Shown: positions 1-8,694, counted from the stretch's first letter. The stretch: 32,000 nt of DNA from Candidatus Saccharimonadota bacterium (GCA_016700135.1 CP065004.1:480001-512000); one strand, 5' to 3'. The notes: a model not told the origin generated them from the letters alone. Numbers and translations: made by a program.

Positions 1-346
1 GAATAAGTACTTCCTCCCGGGGAAGTCTCTGAAAGATCTCCGTTCTCCACCAGTGATCCGGGAAAAGTTCAACAATCTGATTAAAAGTATCATATGCAAG
101 TCTATATTTTATGTTTTTTACGATTTTTTTTGCGATTGCATTGTACCTGACAATCGAGATTGCGCCGTCGAGTCCGTTTCGTTTTTGACACCTTTCATGT
201 GTCTTTCCTCCCGGTGAGTTACGGTAACAGTATGGACAAACATCCAGGACGGAAGGTTTGATTTCTTTTCGGCAAGTATCACACAATATCCGACCGAGTT
301 TTGCACAGCCTATACAGTATTTTGGGAATAATAAGTCGAGTAACAT
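1..346 (-). CDS. comFC: ComF/ComFC-family protein, N-terminal part only (gene continues past the left edge)
   Basis: Absent from the supplied ORF track because it has no stop inside the window. Manual minus-strand translation from ATG (346-344) stays open to base 1: MLLDLLFPKYCIGCAKLGRILCDTCRKEIKPSVLDVCPYCYRNSPGGKTHERCQKRNGLDGAISIVRYNAIAKKIVKNIKYRLAYDTFNQIVELFPDHWW... The LLDLLFP start, successive CxxC pairs (double zinc ribbon) and LDG...Y......I...KY are the typical N-terminus of ComF phosphoribosyltransferase-like proteins. This makes track ORFs 118..306(-) and 279..476(-) spurious. Confidence 0.7.
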   Translation of the reverse strand, partial: MLLDLLFPKYCIGCAKLGRILCDTCRKEIKPSVLDVCPYCYRNSPGGKTHERCQKRNGLDGAISIVRYNAIAKKIVKNIKYRLAYDTFNQIVELFPDHWWRTEIFQRLPREEVLI

Positions 347-438
347 ACCGGATATACATAAGAGTATAACAGTTTTCACTTAACTTCTTTTTGATACATT
401 TTGATTGCTTGTAAATTGATGTTAATATGTTTATTATT

Positions 439-457
439 TGTGGATAAGTTATCCACA
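439..457. promoter_or_regulatory. Two perfect DnaA boxes in inverted orientation (TGTGGATAA g TTATCCACA)
   Basis: Read directly: 439-447 TGTGGATAA is the reverse complement of the consensus, and 449-457 TTATCCACA is the consensus itself. They lie 22 bp upstream of the probable dnaA ATG at 479. Confidence 0.75.
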
Positions 458-478
458 TTTTATTCGTATTGTTCACTT

Positions 479-1813
479 ATGGCTATGTTGTCGTCTTTTT
501 GGGATTCTTTTTTGGAATCAATATCCGAAAAAAAAGAAAAAAATCCGATATTCTTCTCCATTCTGAAAGATGCACAGCCAGTTGAGATTAAAGGAGATAT
601 CTTGGTTTTATCCTGCAGTAGCAACGGAGCTAAGAGTTATCTTGATAAAAAGAAAGAGGAAATTGAAGATCTTGTTTCCTTCAAGGCCGGTAAAAAAACT
701 TCCGTTGAAATCGTCATACAGGAAAAAAAACTTGACGGGACAGCCCCTCTTTTGGACTTTCAGCCCTCAAAAGAAGATATATATAGGAAGTCGGGTTTAA
801 ATATCAACTACAATTTTGAAAATTTTGCCGTTTCACCGACGAATCAAATTGCTTTTGCTGCCGCACAATCAGTTGCCAAGTCTCCGGGTGTATCCTACAA
901 TCCTTTGTTTTTTTACGGGGGGGTTGGGGTCGGTAAGACCCATCTGGCACAGTCTATTGCCAAAGTCATTCTTGACCAGGACTCGGAAAACAATGTGTAT
1001 TTCTGTTCCAGTGAGAAATTCATGAATGAACTCATTGAATCAATCCGTGCCAAGACTACTGCCCGATTCCGAAAGAAATACCGTTCCCTCAATCTTATTA
1101 TTGTTGATGATATTCAGTTTCTGGCCGGGAAACAAACCGTTCAGGAAGAGTTTTTTCACACGTTCAACAGTATTGTCTCTGCCGGCGGACAGGTGGTTTT
1201 GACATCTGACCGACCACCCTTTGAGATCAGGAATTTAGAAGACCGTCTTCGTTCCCGTTTCTCCGGCGGTCTTATTGTAGATATCCAACAGCCCGATTTT
1301 GAGCTACGCACCGCCATTCTCCTCATTAAAGCAAGAGAAAAGAACATCGCGATTGATATGGAAGCGGCAAAAATCATTGCCGAAACCGTCCTTGATACAC
1401 GTTCTCTTGAGGGGACACTTCTTTCATTGTACGCCCGAACCCTTACTTCCAACTTGAATCGCATAGATTTGAGTGTTGTTGAAGATTTTTTCCATGCGAA
1501 AACAGAACACGTCAAAAAAAGAATGTCTCCGCAGGATGTCATTAAAACCGTTTGTTCTTTTTACAATATAAAACAGTCACATATTAAGGGCGCAACGAGG
1601 AAAAGTACAATAGCGCTCGCCCGTCAGATTGTGATGTATCTTCTCAGAACAGAACTTGATCTGAACCTTGAAGAGGTCGCATATCTTGTAAAGAGAAAGG
1701 ATCATACTACAGTTATTCACGCCATCAATAAGGTTCGTGAAAGAAGTATGAAAGATGATTCTTTCAGGCATGAAATTGAAATGATAACGAAGTCATTGCA
1801 GTCGTCAACATGA
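479..1813 (+). CDS. dnaA: Chromosomal replication initiator protein DnaA
   Basis: Walker A GGVGVGKTHL, IVDDIQFL (Walker B), the sensor/Arg-finger region and a C-terminal DNA-binding domain (ARQIVMYLLR...DHTTVIHA). The longest ORF starts at TTG 401 but would run through the DnaA boxes. ATG 479 (MAMLSSFWDSFL) is the more plausible start. Confidence 0.95.
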   Translation: MAMLSSFWDSFLESISEKKEKNPIFFSILKDAQPVEIKGDILVLSCSSNGAKSYLDKKKEEIEDLVSFKAGKKTSVEIVIQEKKLDGTAPLLDFQPSKEDIYRKSGLNINYNFENFAVSPTNQIAFAAAQSVAKSPGVSYNPLFFYGGVGVGKTHLAQSIAKVILDQDSENNVYFCSSEKFMNELIESIRAKTTARFRKKYRSLNLIIVDDIQFLAGKQTVQEEFFHTFNSIVSAGGQVVLTSDRPPFEIRNLEDRLRSRFSGGLIVDIQQPDFELRTAILLIKAREKNIAIDMEAAKIIAETVLDTRSLEGTLLSLYARTLTSNLNRIDLSVVEDFFHAKTEHVKKRMSPQDVIKTVCSFYNIKQSHIKGATRKSTIALARQIVMYLLRTELDLNLEEVAYLVKRKDHTTVIHAINKVRERSMKDDSFRHEIEMITKSLQSST

Positions 1814-1929
1814 TTTCCACACGTTATAAACACACGTTTTTTGCCGGTTTGTTTTGTCTTGAAAATCCCTTTTCTATTTTATACACTTATGCACAGCTCC
1901 TATTACTACTATTTTATATATAACTAACT
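1814..1929. other. dnaA-dnaN spacer with DnaA-box-like 9-mers and an AT-rich tract; candidate oriC segment
   Basis: 9-mers compared with the relaxed box TTWTNCACA: ATTTCCACA 1813-1821 (8/9), TTATAAACA 1824-1832 (8/9), TTATACACT 1879-1887 (8/9), TTATGCACA 1887-1895 (9/9). An AT-rich stretch follows at 1901-1929 (tattactactattttatatataactaacta). Confidence 0.4.
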
Positions 1930-3030
1930 ATGAAATTCACAATTGATAAGGACATCTTCTTCAATCAAATCAATACTGTCCAGAAATTTACCTCCGATAG
2001 ACTGAACACATCTGCAGCTCTGCAGGGAGTATATATACATATAGAAAAGAAAAAGATTCATTTTTATGCAACAGACCTCAATACTTACTGCCACACATCT
2101 TCGGATCTATCAGCAGACGAATCAATAGATCTTATAATCGAACCGAAAAAGATACTGGAGTTTGTTCAGTTTTTACAGCAGGGAGATATAAACATCACTA
2201 TAGAAAGCAACTCAATCGTCATCCAGCAGGAAAAAACTAAAGGAGCTTTTCCAGTCATTGTCGCTGAAGATTTTCCGTTGCCGCCCGTACTTAAGGAAGA
2301 AGCACAGGATGTGAAGCCTGAATTCTTACTTAATAATCTTCCGTTCCTCCTTTTTACCGCCTCGAGCGATGACGCCAGACCGGTTTTGACTGGGATAAAC
2401 TTTGTTGCTTCTGAGGAAGATCTTACTCTTGTTGCGACAGACGGCTTCAGACTTTCTTTGGTAAAAGAAAAAAGAAAAGGAACGTTTTCATCCATGATTA
2501 TTCCGGCCGATTTTTTGAAAGAGGTTATCAGATATGTCAGAGATGCAAAAACAGTATCTTTCACCTATTCCGAAAAAGAACACTTAGTATTGTTTAAAGT
2601 CGGAGAAACGGAGTTTTACTCACGTCTTATTGACGGAGAGTTTCCTCCCTACGAACGTGTCATCCCGGAAGAAAAGAAAGCAACAGCAGTTCTAAAAAAA
2701 GAGGATTTACTGAGAAATACGAAGCTTATTTCAATTTTTGCACGCGAATACTCGAACGTTATTATCTACGATTTCTCAAAAGACGGACTTGTTCTGTCTC
2801 CGAAAAAAGAAGCAAATGCGGACAACACAACTACGCAGGATATATCGTTTGACGGTGATCAAATCCGGGTTGCATTTAATTATAAGTATGTTGTAGATTT
2901 CCTCAATCATATCGATGCAGAAGAAATCGAAGTTGAACTGTTGAGATCAGATGCTCCGGTTGTCTTTAAAATTCCGAAGAACAATTCTTTTATTCATATT
3001 ATTATGCCGGTGCGCATACAGGAAGGATAA
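1930..3030 (+). CDS. dnaN: DNA polymerase III beta sliding clamp
   Basis: 366 aa, positioned right after dnaA. Clamp motifs present: ARPVLTGINF, ATDGFRLS, LIDGEFPPYERVIP, MPVRI at the C-terminus. Confidence 0.95.
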   Translation: MKFTIDKDIFFNQINTVQKFTSDRLNTSAALQGVYIHIEKKKIHFYATDLNTYCHTSSDLSADESIDLIIEPKKILEFVQFLQQGDINITIESNSIVIQQEKTKGAFPVIVAEDFPLPPVLKEEAQDVKPEFLLNNLPFLLFTASSDDARPVLTGINFVASEEDLTLVATDGFRLSLVKEKRKGTFSSMIIPADFLKEVIRYVRDAKTVSFTYSEKEHLVLFKVGETEFYSRLIDGEFPPYERVIPEEKKATAVLKKEDLLRNTKLISIFAREYSNVIIYDFSKDGLVLSPKKEANADNTTTQDISFDGDQIRVAFNYKYVVDFLNHIDAEEIEVELLRSDAPVVFKIPKNNSFIHIIMPVRIQEG

Positions 3031-3057
3031 TACTGTATAATAACTAATACATATATT

Positions 3058-4071
3058 ATGGACGCAAAAGATAAAACATTTATCGTAATTTCTCCCCGTT
3101 CCATTGCGCTTTTCACCCTGATTCCCCTGGCTCTGTATTTACTTTGGTCTGTTCGTGATATTCTGTTTTCCCTTCTTATCGCATTTATTATCATGAGTTC
3201 GCTGCGGCCGGGTGTTAACTATTTCGTCTCGAAAAAAGTACCGAGAGGTCTTTCTATCGGATTGGTTTTTTCGGCATTTATTTTGTTTTTTCTGTCTCTG
3301 ATCTCAATTATTATCCCTCCGATTGTATATGAAACAACCAATTTGATAAGAAGCCTTCCGTTTATCCTGGAAGAAGTGGCACCGTCGCTGGAAGAGTATG
3401 TTGATTTATCTAACGCTACTTCATATATCCCGAATCTTACGAACAACCTGTTCGGTTTTATATCAGGACTCTTTTCTAACACTCTTTTTGTTATTGCAAC
3501 ACTCTTTTTTAGTCTTTATTTTTTGATTGAGGAAAATCTGGTGAATAAGTTCCTTCATCGGTATATCTCAAAAGACCGTGCCGATAAAATTTCCGCAACT
3601 TTTTCGAAAGCAGAGATGAGAATGTCATCATGGTTTTGGGGAGAAATAACCCTCATGACAGTTGTCGGAGTGTTGACATACCTGGGACTTGTTCTGATCG
3701 GAGTTAAGTATGCCCTTCCCCTGGCGGTGCTTGCGGGGCTTTTGGAGGTTGTCCCGAATATCGGTCCCGTGATTTCTTCTATTCCGGCTATCATTATCGG
3801 ATTCAGCAGTTCGTATTTTGCCGGGTTTTCCGCCCTTGCCCTGTACATTGTAGTACAGCAGCTTGAAAACAACCTTATTGTCCCGATGATTATGAAAAAA
3901 GCGGTCGGCATAAACCCAATTCTTACTCTTCTTGCCCTTCTTCTCGGAGGCCGTATGGGAGGCGTTTTGGGTGTTCTTCTGGCTATCCCGATTCTCCTTT
4001 TTACGGAAACCATTGTTCAGGAATATCTTCATCCCCATATTGCAAAGCAGCGGGACCAACAACCTGCGTGA
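3058..4071 (+). CDS. AI-2E family transporter (PerM/YhhT-like permease)
   Basis: 337 aa, polytopic. Family-typical LLEVVPNIGPVISSIPAIIIG and QQLENNLIVPMIM segments. Confidence 0.85.
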   Translation: MDAKDKTFIVISPRSIALFTLIPLALYLLWSVRDILFSLLIAFIIMSSLRPGVNYFVSKKVPRGLSIGLVFSAFILFFLSLISIIIPPIVYETTNLIRSLPFILEEVAPSLEEYVDLSNATSYIPNLTNNLFGFISGLFSNTLFVIATLFFSLYFLIEENLVNKFLHRYISKDRADKISATFSKAEMRMSSWFWGEITLMTVVGVLTYLGLVLIGVKYALPLAVLAGLLEVVPNIGPVISSIPAIIIGFSSSYFAGFSALALYIVVQQLENNLIVPMIMKKAVGINPILTLLALLLGGRMGGVLGVLLAIPILLFTETIVQEYLHPHIAKQRDQQPA

Positions 4072-4076
4072 AAACT

Positions 4077-4100
4077 GCGTTAATATTGCGGGAAATATTG
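4077..4100 (+). repeat. Recurrent intergenic motif, copy A (GCGTTAATATTGCGGGAAATATTG)
   Basis: Begins 6 nt after the stop of the 3058..4071 gene. Shares the 11-mer TTGCGGGAAAT with copy B and the CGTTAAT...TGCGG layout with copies C and D. Confidence 0.4.
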
Positions 4101-4124
4101 TAAAAAAGGTTACTATAATAAACC

Positions 4125-4814
4125 ATGCCTAAGAATAATTCATTACTTGAGACCGTCAATCTTCTTTCGGAACTGGTCGTATTTGAGACATATGATTTCA
4201 GTGAATTTTTGAAGAAGCTGATGAAACTGATCCTGAAATGTATTCCGGCAGATTCGTGTCTTATTTATTTTTATGACACGGCGCATCAGGAACTTATTCT
4301 CACGGCATCAAAAAAACCGCACGGCAAGCTTTTGGGCAAAATCAAGATGAGACCGGGTGAAGGCATAACGGGCTGGGTCGCCGAACACAAGAAAACGGTT
4401 GTATTGAAGAAAGAGGCCTATAAAGATAGTCGTTTTAAACAATTTAAAGAGTTGCCTGAAGACAAATATGAAGCATTTCTTTCTGTTCCAATTATCGATA
4501 AGTCAGGTGTTGTCGGCGTAATTAATATTCAAAACATTTCACCTTATGAGTTCGAGAAAGAACAAATCGTGATATTAGAGGCTATGGTAAAAATAGTTTC
4601 ATCGGCATTTCAGAAAGTCGCTCTGGAAAGACAGGTGTCTACACTTCAGACAAAACTGGAAGACAGAAAAATAATTGACAAAGCAAAGGGCATTCTTATG
4701 AATAAAAATACATTATCAGAAAAAGAAGCATATGCGGTCATAAGGCGAGAAGCAATGAAAAAACGGAAAACAATGAGGGAGATTGCAGATGCAATTCTTC
4801 TTGTATGGGGGTGA
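4125..4814 (+). CDS. GAF-domain / ANTAR-domain RNA-binding regulator
   Basis: The N-terminal ~160 aa look GAF-like (GEGITGWVAEHKKTVVL, SVPIIDKSGVVGVINIQN). The C-terminal ~55 aa match the ANTAR pattern (RKIIDKAKGILMNKNTLSEKEAYAVIRREAMKKRKTMREIADAIL). Confidence 0.85.
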   Translation: MPKNNSLLETVNLLSELVVFETYDFSEFLKKLMKLILKCIPADSCLIYFYDTAHQELILTASKKPHGKLLGKIKMRPGEGITGWVAEHKKTVVLKKEAYKDSRFKQFKELPEDKYEAFLSVPIIDKSGVVGVINIQNISPYEFEKEQIVILEAMVKIVSSAFQKVALERQVSTLQTKLEDRKIIDKAKGILMNKNTLSEKEAYAVIRREAMKKRKTMREIADAILLVWG

Positions 4815-4835
4815 TAACTACAGTAATATTATTAT

Positions 4836-6071
4836 ATGGACGATATTGGCGACCAATCACAAACGCCACCACCAGAACAATCCGCAAAGCCGCAGGAAAC
4901 CGGCCCCACTCCCGAACAGAAACGGATTGTACGTACCGTTCTTATAGTTTTTAGTGTCCTCTTCTTTATCGTTATTACCGTTCTGGGTGTACTGGCTTAT
5001 ATTCAGTCTGCAAAAGGACCCGGAGAACCGACACCTACTCCCACGGCGGTTGACGCGGTAAGTCCAACTCCTCAGGATACAGATACAAACGGCTGGCAAA
5101 CATTTACAAGTACTGATTTCGGCATTTCAATCCAGTATCCTCCAAATTGGAAAAAGACAGACGGACAGTCATTTGAAAACGGGGACCTCTTCGGGGTCAT
5201 GATCATGGGAGAAACTCAGAGAGAAGCCACTGAACTTTATGACGGAGCAACCCTTACAATTGCAAATCCTATTACCGTTGAAAAAGACTACGAGACATGG
5301 GCAAAAGACTATTACACCACTCATCATGTGGATGAGTCTCAGCCTCTTGAGTTTTCAAACGAAACGATAAACGGCATCGAGTATCTGAAAGTATATACCT
5401 GCGGATTGGGGTGTTTTACCTATTACATTACGGAAAAAGGAGATTACGTCTACCAAATAGTAACCAGCGCAGACGGTCCTTCCGAAAAAGAATACAGGCA
5501 AACAATAGATAAAATGCTGGAAACAATCACATTTGAAGAGGCACAAATGACGGTTATGCCCTCTCCTCCGCCGGGAGCGCTTGCATTTTCATCTCCGGAT
5601 CTCGGCATCGGTTTTTTCTATCCGCAAAAAGTACAAAATATCCAATCGGTTGATGTAAAAGAGACAGGAAATAAAATATATGTTTTTATGACGAATACTG
5701 AGCCTGAGGACGGTCAATGGGTGGAAGTTTTCAGCAAAAATCCGGACGCCACGCTTGAGGAGGCAATAACACAGCATTTTTTGGCCGGAAAAGAAGATGG
5801 ATGTTATGTGACGGTAACCAAAACAGAAGGGTCAATAACAACGGCAATTATTGATTTCTCTTATGATCAGTCCAACGGGCTGGAAGGAATGTTTGAAAAA
5901 ACGAAATACTGTTCGGAGGACTACGCAAAAACAAACGGGATCAGGTATTTCTGGTATGATTCCGCTCACCCCGAAACATACCTCTTCTTCAGTATCGGAC
6001 AGTATGGAATCCCCGTCACAAGCACAGAAAACTGGCAGGATACGGTAAGATTGATCAGAATGCGTGAATAA
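4836..6071 (+). CDS. Hypothetical membrane-anchored extracytoplasmic protein
   Basis: 411 aa: Pro-rich N-terminus, one TM helix (VLIVFSVLFFIVITVLGVLAYI), a PT linker, then two similar modules, each opening with an F.YP motif (FGISIQYPPNW / LGIGFFYPQKV). Confidence 0.6.
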   Translation: MDDIGDQSQTPPPEQSAKPQETGPTPEQKRIVRTVLIVFSVLFFIVITVLGVLAYIQSAKGPGEPTPTPTAVDAVSPTPQDTDTNGWQTFTSTDFGISIQYPPNWKKTDGQSFENGDLFGVMIMGETQREATELYDGATLTIANPITVEKDYETWAKDYYTTHHVDESQPLEFSNETINGIEYLKVYTCGLGCFTYYITEKGDYVYQIVTSADGPSEKEYRQTIDKMLETITFEEAQMTVMPSPPPGALAFSSPDLGIGFFYPQKVQNIQSVDVKETGNKIYVFMTNTEPEDGQWVEVFSKNPDATLEEAITQHFLAGKEDGCYVTVTKTEGSITTAIIDFSYDQSNGLEGMFEKTKYCSEDYAKTNGIRYFWYDSAHPETYLFFSIGQYGIPVTSTENWQDTVRLIRMRE

Positions 6072-6072
6072 T

Positions 6073-6093
6073 GCGTTTAATTTGCGGGAAATG
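6073..6093 (+). repeat. Recurrent intergenic motif, copy B (GCGTTTAATTTGCGGGAAATG)
   Basis: Begins 2 nt after the stop of 4836..6071 and lies immediately upstream of the putative glnA -35. Confidence 0.4.
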
Positions 6094-6098
6094 TCTGC

Positions 6099-6126
6099 TT
6101 GAAATTTTCTTCCTCATGGTTATAAT
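6099..6126 (+). promoter_or_regulatory. Sigma-70-like promoter upstream of glnA (TTGAAA-16 nt-TATAAT)
   Basis: TTGAAA at 6099-6104 and TATAAT at 6121-6126. Implies a ~170-nt leader before the glnA ATG at 6303. Confidence 0.5.
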
Positions 6127-6302
6127 CTAAGTATTCTTCTCATTGGCGAGAACTCTTCTTTACTTCACAGTGTTTGTGAAATCCATGACAGGACAATGAT
6201 GCTCCTTCAAATCAGTGAACGCGTTTTTGTGTTTGCGGGTTTTTATTAATACATTTCATAAACACGTTCACTTGTACGACCGCGAACACAACCACTATTA
6301 CT
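6127..6302 (+). promoter_or_regulatory. Structured glnA 5' leader (several hairpins with alternative pairings)
   Basis: Hairpin 1: TTCTC 6137-6141 / loop ATTGGC / GAGAA 6148-6152. Hairpin 2: TTCAC 6164-6168 / loop AGTGTTT / GTGAA 6176-6180. Long hairpin: GTGAAC 6215-6220 + GTGTTT 6229-6234 pairing with AAACAC 6260-6265 + GTTCAC 6266-6271. The arms are repeated, so mutually exclusive folds are possible. Confidence 0.35.
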
Positions 6303-7709
6303 ATGATTACGTTAGCAGAAGCAACATCTTTGATTAGGTCAAAAGAAGTTGCGTTTATAGACCTGAAGTTTACCGATATTCGCGGAGTATGGCAGCATAT
6401 GACCATTGCTGCAAGGGACTTCAATACAGCGATAAAAGACGGCATCGGGTTTGACGGTTCAAGTATTCGCGGCTTTCAGGATATATATGACAGCGATATG
6501 CTTCTTTTTCCCGATCCGACAACAATCTTTAAAGATCCTTTTTTTGAAAAAACACTCTCATGTATCTGCGGTATCGTCGATCCGATGACCGGGAAACCGT
6601 TTGAAAAAGACCCTCGCCATATCGCAAAAAAAGCAGAGAAATATCTGAAAAAATCAGGATTCGGAGACACGTCATATTGGGGTCCTGAGGCGGAGTTTTT
6701 CCTCTTTGATGTCCTCAATATTCATTTCTCCCCCTACAGACAGCTTATTGAACTCGAAAGCTCTGAAATTCCTGCAGATGACTTTGATTCCCGATCTCCC
6801 GGTGACGGATATCATATGGCCATGAAGCGGGGATATTTCCCGGCTGCTCCCTTTGACAAACTGCAGAGATTCAGATCGGAAATGGTTGAAATTCTTGAAA
6901 AAATCGGCATAGAAGTTGAAGTGCATCATCATGAAGTTGCAGCAGCAGGACAGGTGGAAATTGATCTCAGATACGATACTCTGGTAACAATGGCTGACAA
7001 ACTAATGATTTACAAGTATGTAGCACGGAATCTTGCGAAAGTACACGGGCTCGTTGCCGTCTTTCTCCCCAAACCGATTTATGGAGATAACGGATCCGGT
7101 ATGCACACACACCAGAGCATCTTTAAAAACGGAAGCAATGTATTCTTCGACAAAAAGGGATACGGAGGACTCTCTCATCTCGGGCATGCGTATGTAGCCG
7201 GATTACTGACGCATATTGACGGTTTACTGGGGGTGACAAATCCTACGGTCAATTCCTATCGCAGACTTGTTCCCCATTTTGAGGCGCCGACAGCCGTTGC
7301 TTTTTCAGCCAGAAACCGCAGTGCGGCAGTAAGAATCCCGATGTATCATGCTTCGGAAAAAGCAAAACGGGTAGAATTCCGTTGTCCCGATCCGACCTGC
7401 AACCCGTATCTTGCCTTTGCGGCTCAGCTTGTCGCCGGTATTGAGGGTATGGAAAAGAAAATGGATCCGGTAAACATGGGATTTGGACCGTATGACAATG
7501 TAAATATCTGGGAAACCGAAAATATCCGTCAGACGCCGAAAACATTGTTTGAAACACTTGATGCTTTTGAGAAAGACAGCGTGTATAAAAAATCAGGCGT
7601 TTTCCCAAAAGAAATTTTGGAAAGCTACATTGGGCTAAAACGCGATGAAGCAACGGAAGCCATGATGTATCCTACTGTTTCAGACTTTTTCTTTTACGGA
7701 GATATGTAA
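6303..7709 (+). CDS. glnA: Glutamine synthetase, type I
   Basis: 468 aa. FDGSSIRGF, GPEAEFFLFD, HHHEVA..GQ.EID, KPIYGDNGSGMHTHQS and NSYRRLVPHFEAP are classic GSI motifs. Confidence 0.95.
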   Translation: MITLAEATSLIRSKEVAFIDLKFTDIRGVWQHMTIAARDFNTAIKDGIGFDGSSIRGFQDIYDSDMLLFPDPTTIFKDPFFEKTLSCICGIVDPMTGKPFEKDPRHIAKKAEKYLKKSGFGDTSYWGPEAEFFLFDVLNIHFSPYRQLIELESSEIPADDFDSRSPGDGYHMAMKRGYFPAAPFDKLQRFRSEMVEILEKIGIEVEVHHHEVAAAGQVEIDLRYDTLVTMADKLMIYKYVARNLAKVHGLVAVFLPKPIYGDNGSGMHTHQSIFKNGSNVFFDKKGYGGLSHLGHAYVAGLLTHIDGLLGVTNPTVNSYRRLVPHFEAPTAVAFSARNRSAAVRIPMYHASEKAKRVEFRCPDPTCNPYLAFAAQLVAGIEGMEKKMDPVNMGFGPYDNVNIWETENIRQTPKTLFETLDAFEKDSVYKKSGVFPKEILESYIGLKRDEATEAMMYPTVSDFFFYGDM

Positions 7710-7720
7710 AAAAGTAACTG

Positions 7721-7759
7721 ATTGCGGTAATAATTCGTTAATTATGCGGGAATTATTTG
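7721..7759 (+). repeat. Recurrent intergenic motif, copies C' and C (ATTGCGGTAATAATTCGTTAATTATGCGGGAATTATTTG)
   Basis: Two cores (TTGCGGTAATA and ATGCGGGAATT) lie between the glnA stop (7709) and the aldo/keto reductase start. Confidence 0.4.
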
Positions 7760-8656
7760 AATTATAATAAGGTAGTGATTATTCCGACAAAAAAGCTCAA
7801 ATCCGGTTTTGAAATGCCGGTATTCGGACTTGGTACTTGGCAGATGGGAGGACGGGAAGAACGAAATCCCGAAAATAATGATGGGGCTGACATTGAAGCA
7901 ATAAAGCGTGCAATAGAGGCAGGGATTAGTCACATTGACACGGCTGAAATGTATGCGGCCGGTCATGCCGAAGAACTGGTCGGTATGGCAATCAGCGGTT
8001 TTGATCGAAATCGTCTGTTTCTGACGTCAAAAGTACTGGACGGGAATCAGACATACGATGGAGTTATGCATGCCGTTCACGGATCTCTGAAGCGGTTAGG
8101 TACGGAATATCTTGACTTATACCTCATACACGCCCCGGACGAATCGGTCCATATTTCTGAGACGATGCGGGCTATGGATGACGTTGTGGATCAAAAACTC
8201 GTGAAGAATATCGGACTCAGTAATTTTTCCGTGAAGCAGTTTGAGCAGGCACAGCAATACGCACGTCATAAGATTGTGACGAACCAGGTTCATTACAACC
8301 TTGAGATACGGGAAATCGAAAAAAACGGGGCCCTGTCATATTATCAACTGCACGATGTCATGATTACTGCCTGGAGACCGCTTCAGAAAAGTATTATTTT
8401 GACAGACGGTGCGGAAATACTGAGAGATATCGGTAAAAAATATACAAAAACACCGGCACAAGTAGCAATAAATTGGCTTATCTCCCAACACAATGTGGTA
8501 ACAATGTCTACTATGAGAGATTGGAAACACCTGGAAGAAAACCTCGGGGCTATCGATTGGGAGCTTTCAGATCGTGACATTGAATATCTTCGTCGTGAAT
8601 TTCCTCATCAAAAACCGATTTCTGACGTATATCCCCTTTCTGACAACCTTTGGTAA
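7757..8656 (+). CDS. Aldo/keto reductase family oxidoreductase
   Basis: Family motifs MPVFGLGTWQMG, IDTAEMY, GLSNFS and NQVHYNL. The start is uncertain. The track start is TTG 7757, but a TATAAT at 7763-7768 sits inside that extension, so GTG 7775 (MIIPTKKLKSG...) may be the real, leaderless start. Confidence 0.9.
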   Translation: MNYNKVVIIPTKKLKSGFEMPVFGLGTWQMGGREERNPENNDGADIEAIKRAIEAGISHIDTAEMYAAGHAEELVGMAISGFDRNRLFLTSKVLDGNQTYDGVMHAVHGSLKRLGTEYLDLYLIHAPDESVHISETMRAMDDVVDQKLVKNIGLSNFSVKQFEQAQQYARHKIVTNQVHYNLEIREIEKNGALSYYQLHDVMITAWRPLQKSIILTDGAEILRDIGKKYTKTPAQVAINWLISQHNVVTMSTMRDWKHLEENLGAIDWELSDRDIEYLRREFPHQKPISDVYPLSDNLW

Positions 8657-8674
8657 ATGATGAGTGAATACAGC

Positions 8675-8694
8675 GGTTAATATGCGGTAATTAC
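8675..8694 (+). repeat. Recurrent intergenic motif, copy D (GGTTAATATGCGGTAATTAC)
   Basis: Lies between convergent genes and overlaps the pgi stop codon (8691-8693). Confidence 0.35.

Noticed and set aside
118-476. Track ORFs 118..306(-) and 279..476(-) upstream of dnaA. I also expected rpmH/rnpA here.
   Set aside because: Both overlap a much better reading frame (ComF-like, 1..346 minus). Their sequences have odd composition. No L34-like KRT..P.....R.HGFR peptide is present in any frame that I translated.
528-546. A8 and A7 runs (gaaaaaaaagaaaaaaatc) early in dnaA, considered as a potential slippage site.
   Set aside because: The frame is intact, and the runs encode a Lys/Glu-rich linker (SEKKEKNP), which is common in the DnaA domain I-II region.
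6265-6271. CGTTCAC in the glnA leader, which resembles the 5' end of the glutamine (glnA RNA motif) riboswitch.
   Set aside because: The other conserved elements of that riboswitch (GGACGGAAGUAGG, AAGGAACG) are absent from 6127-6302.
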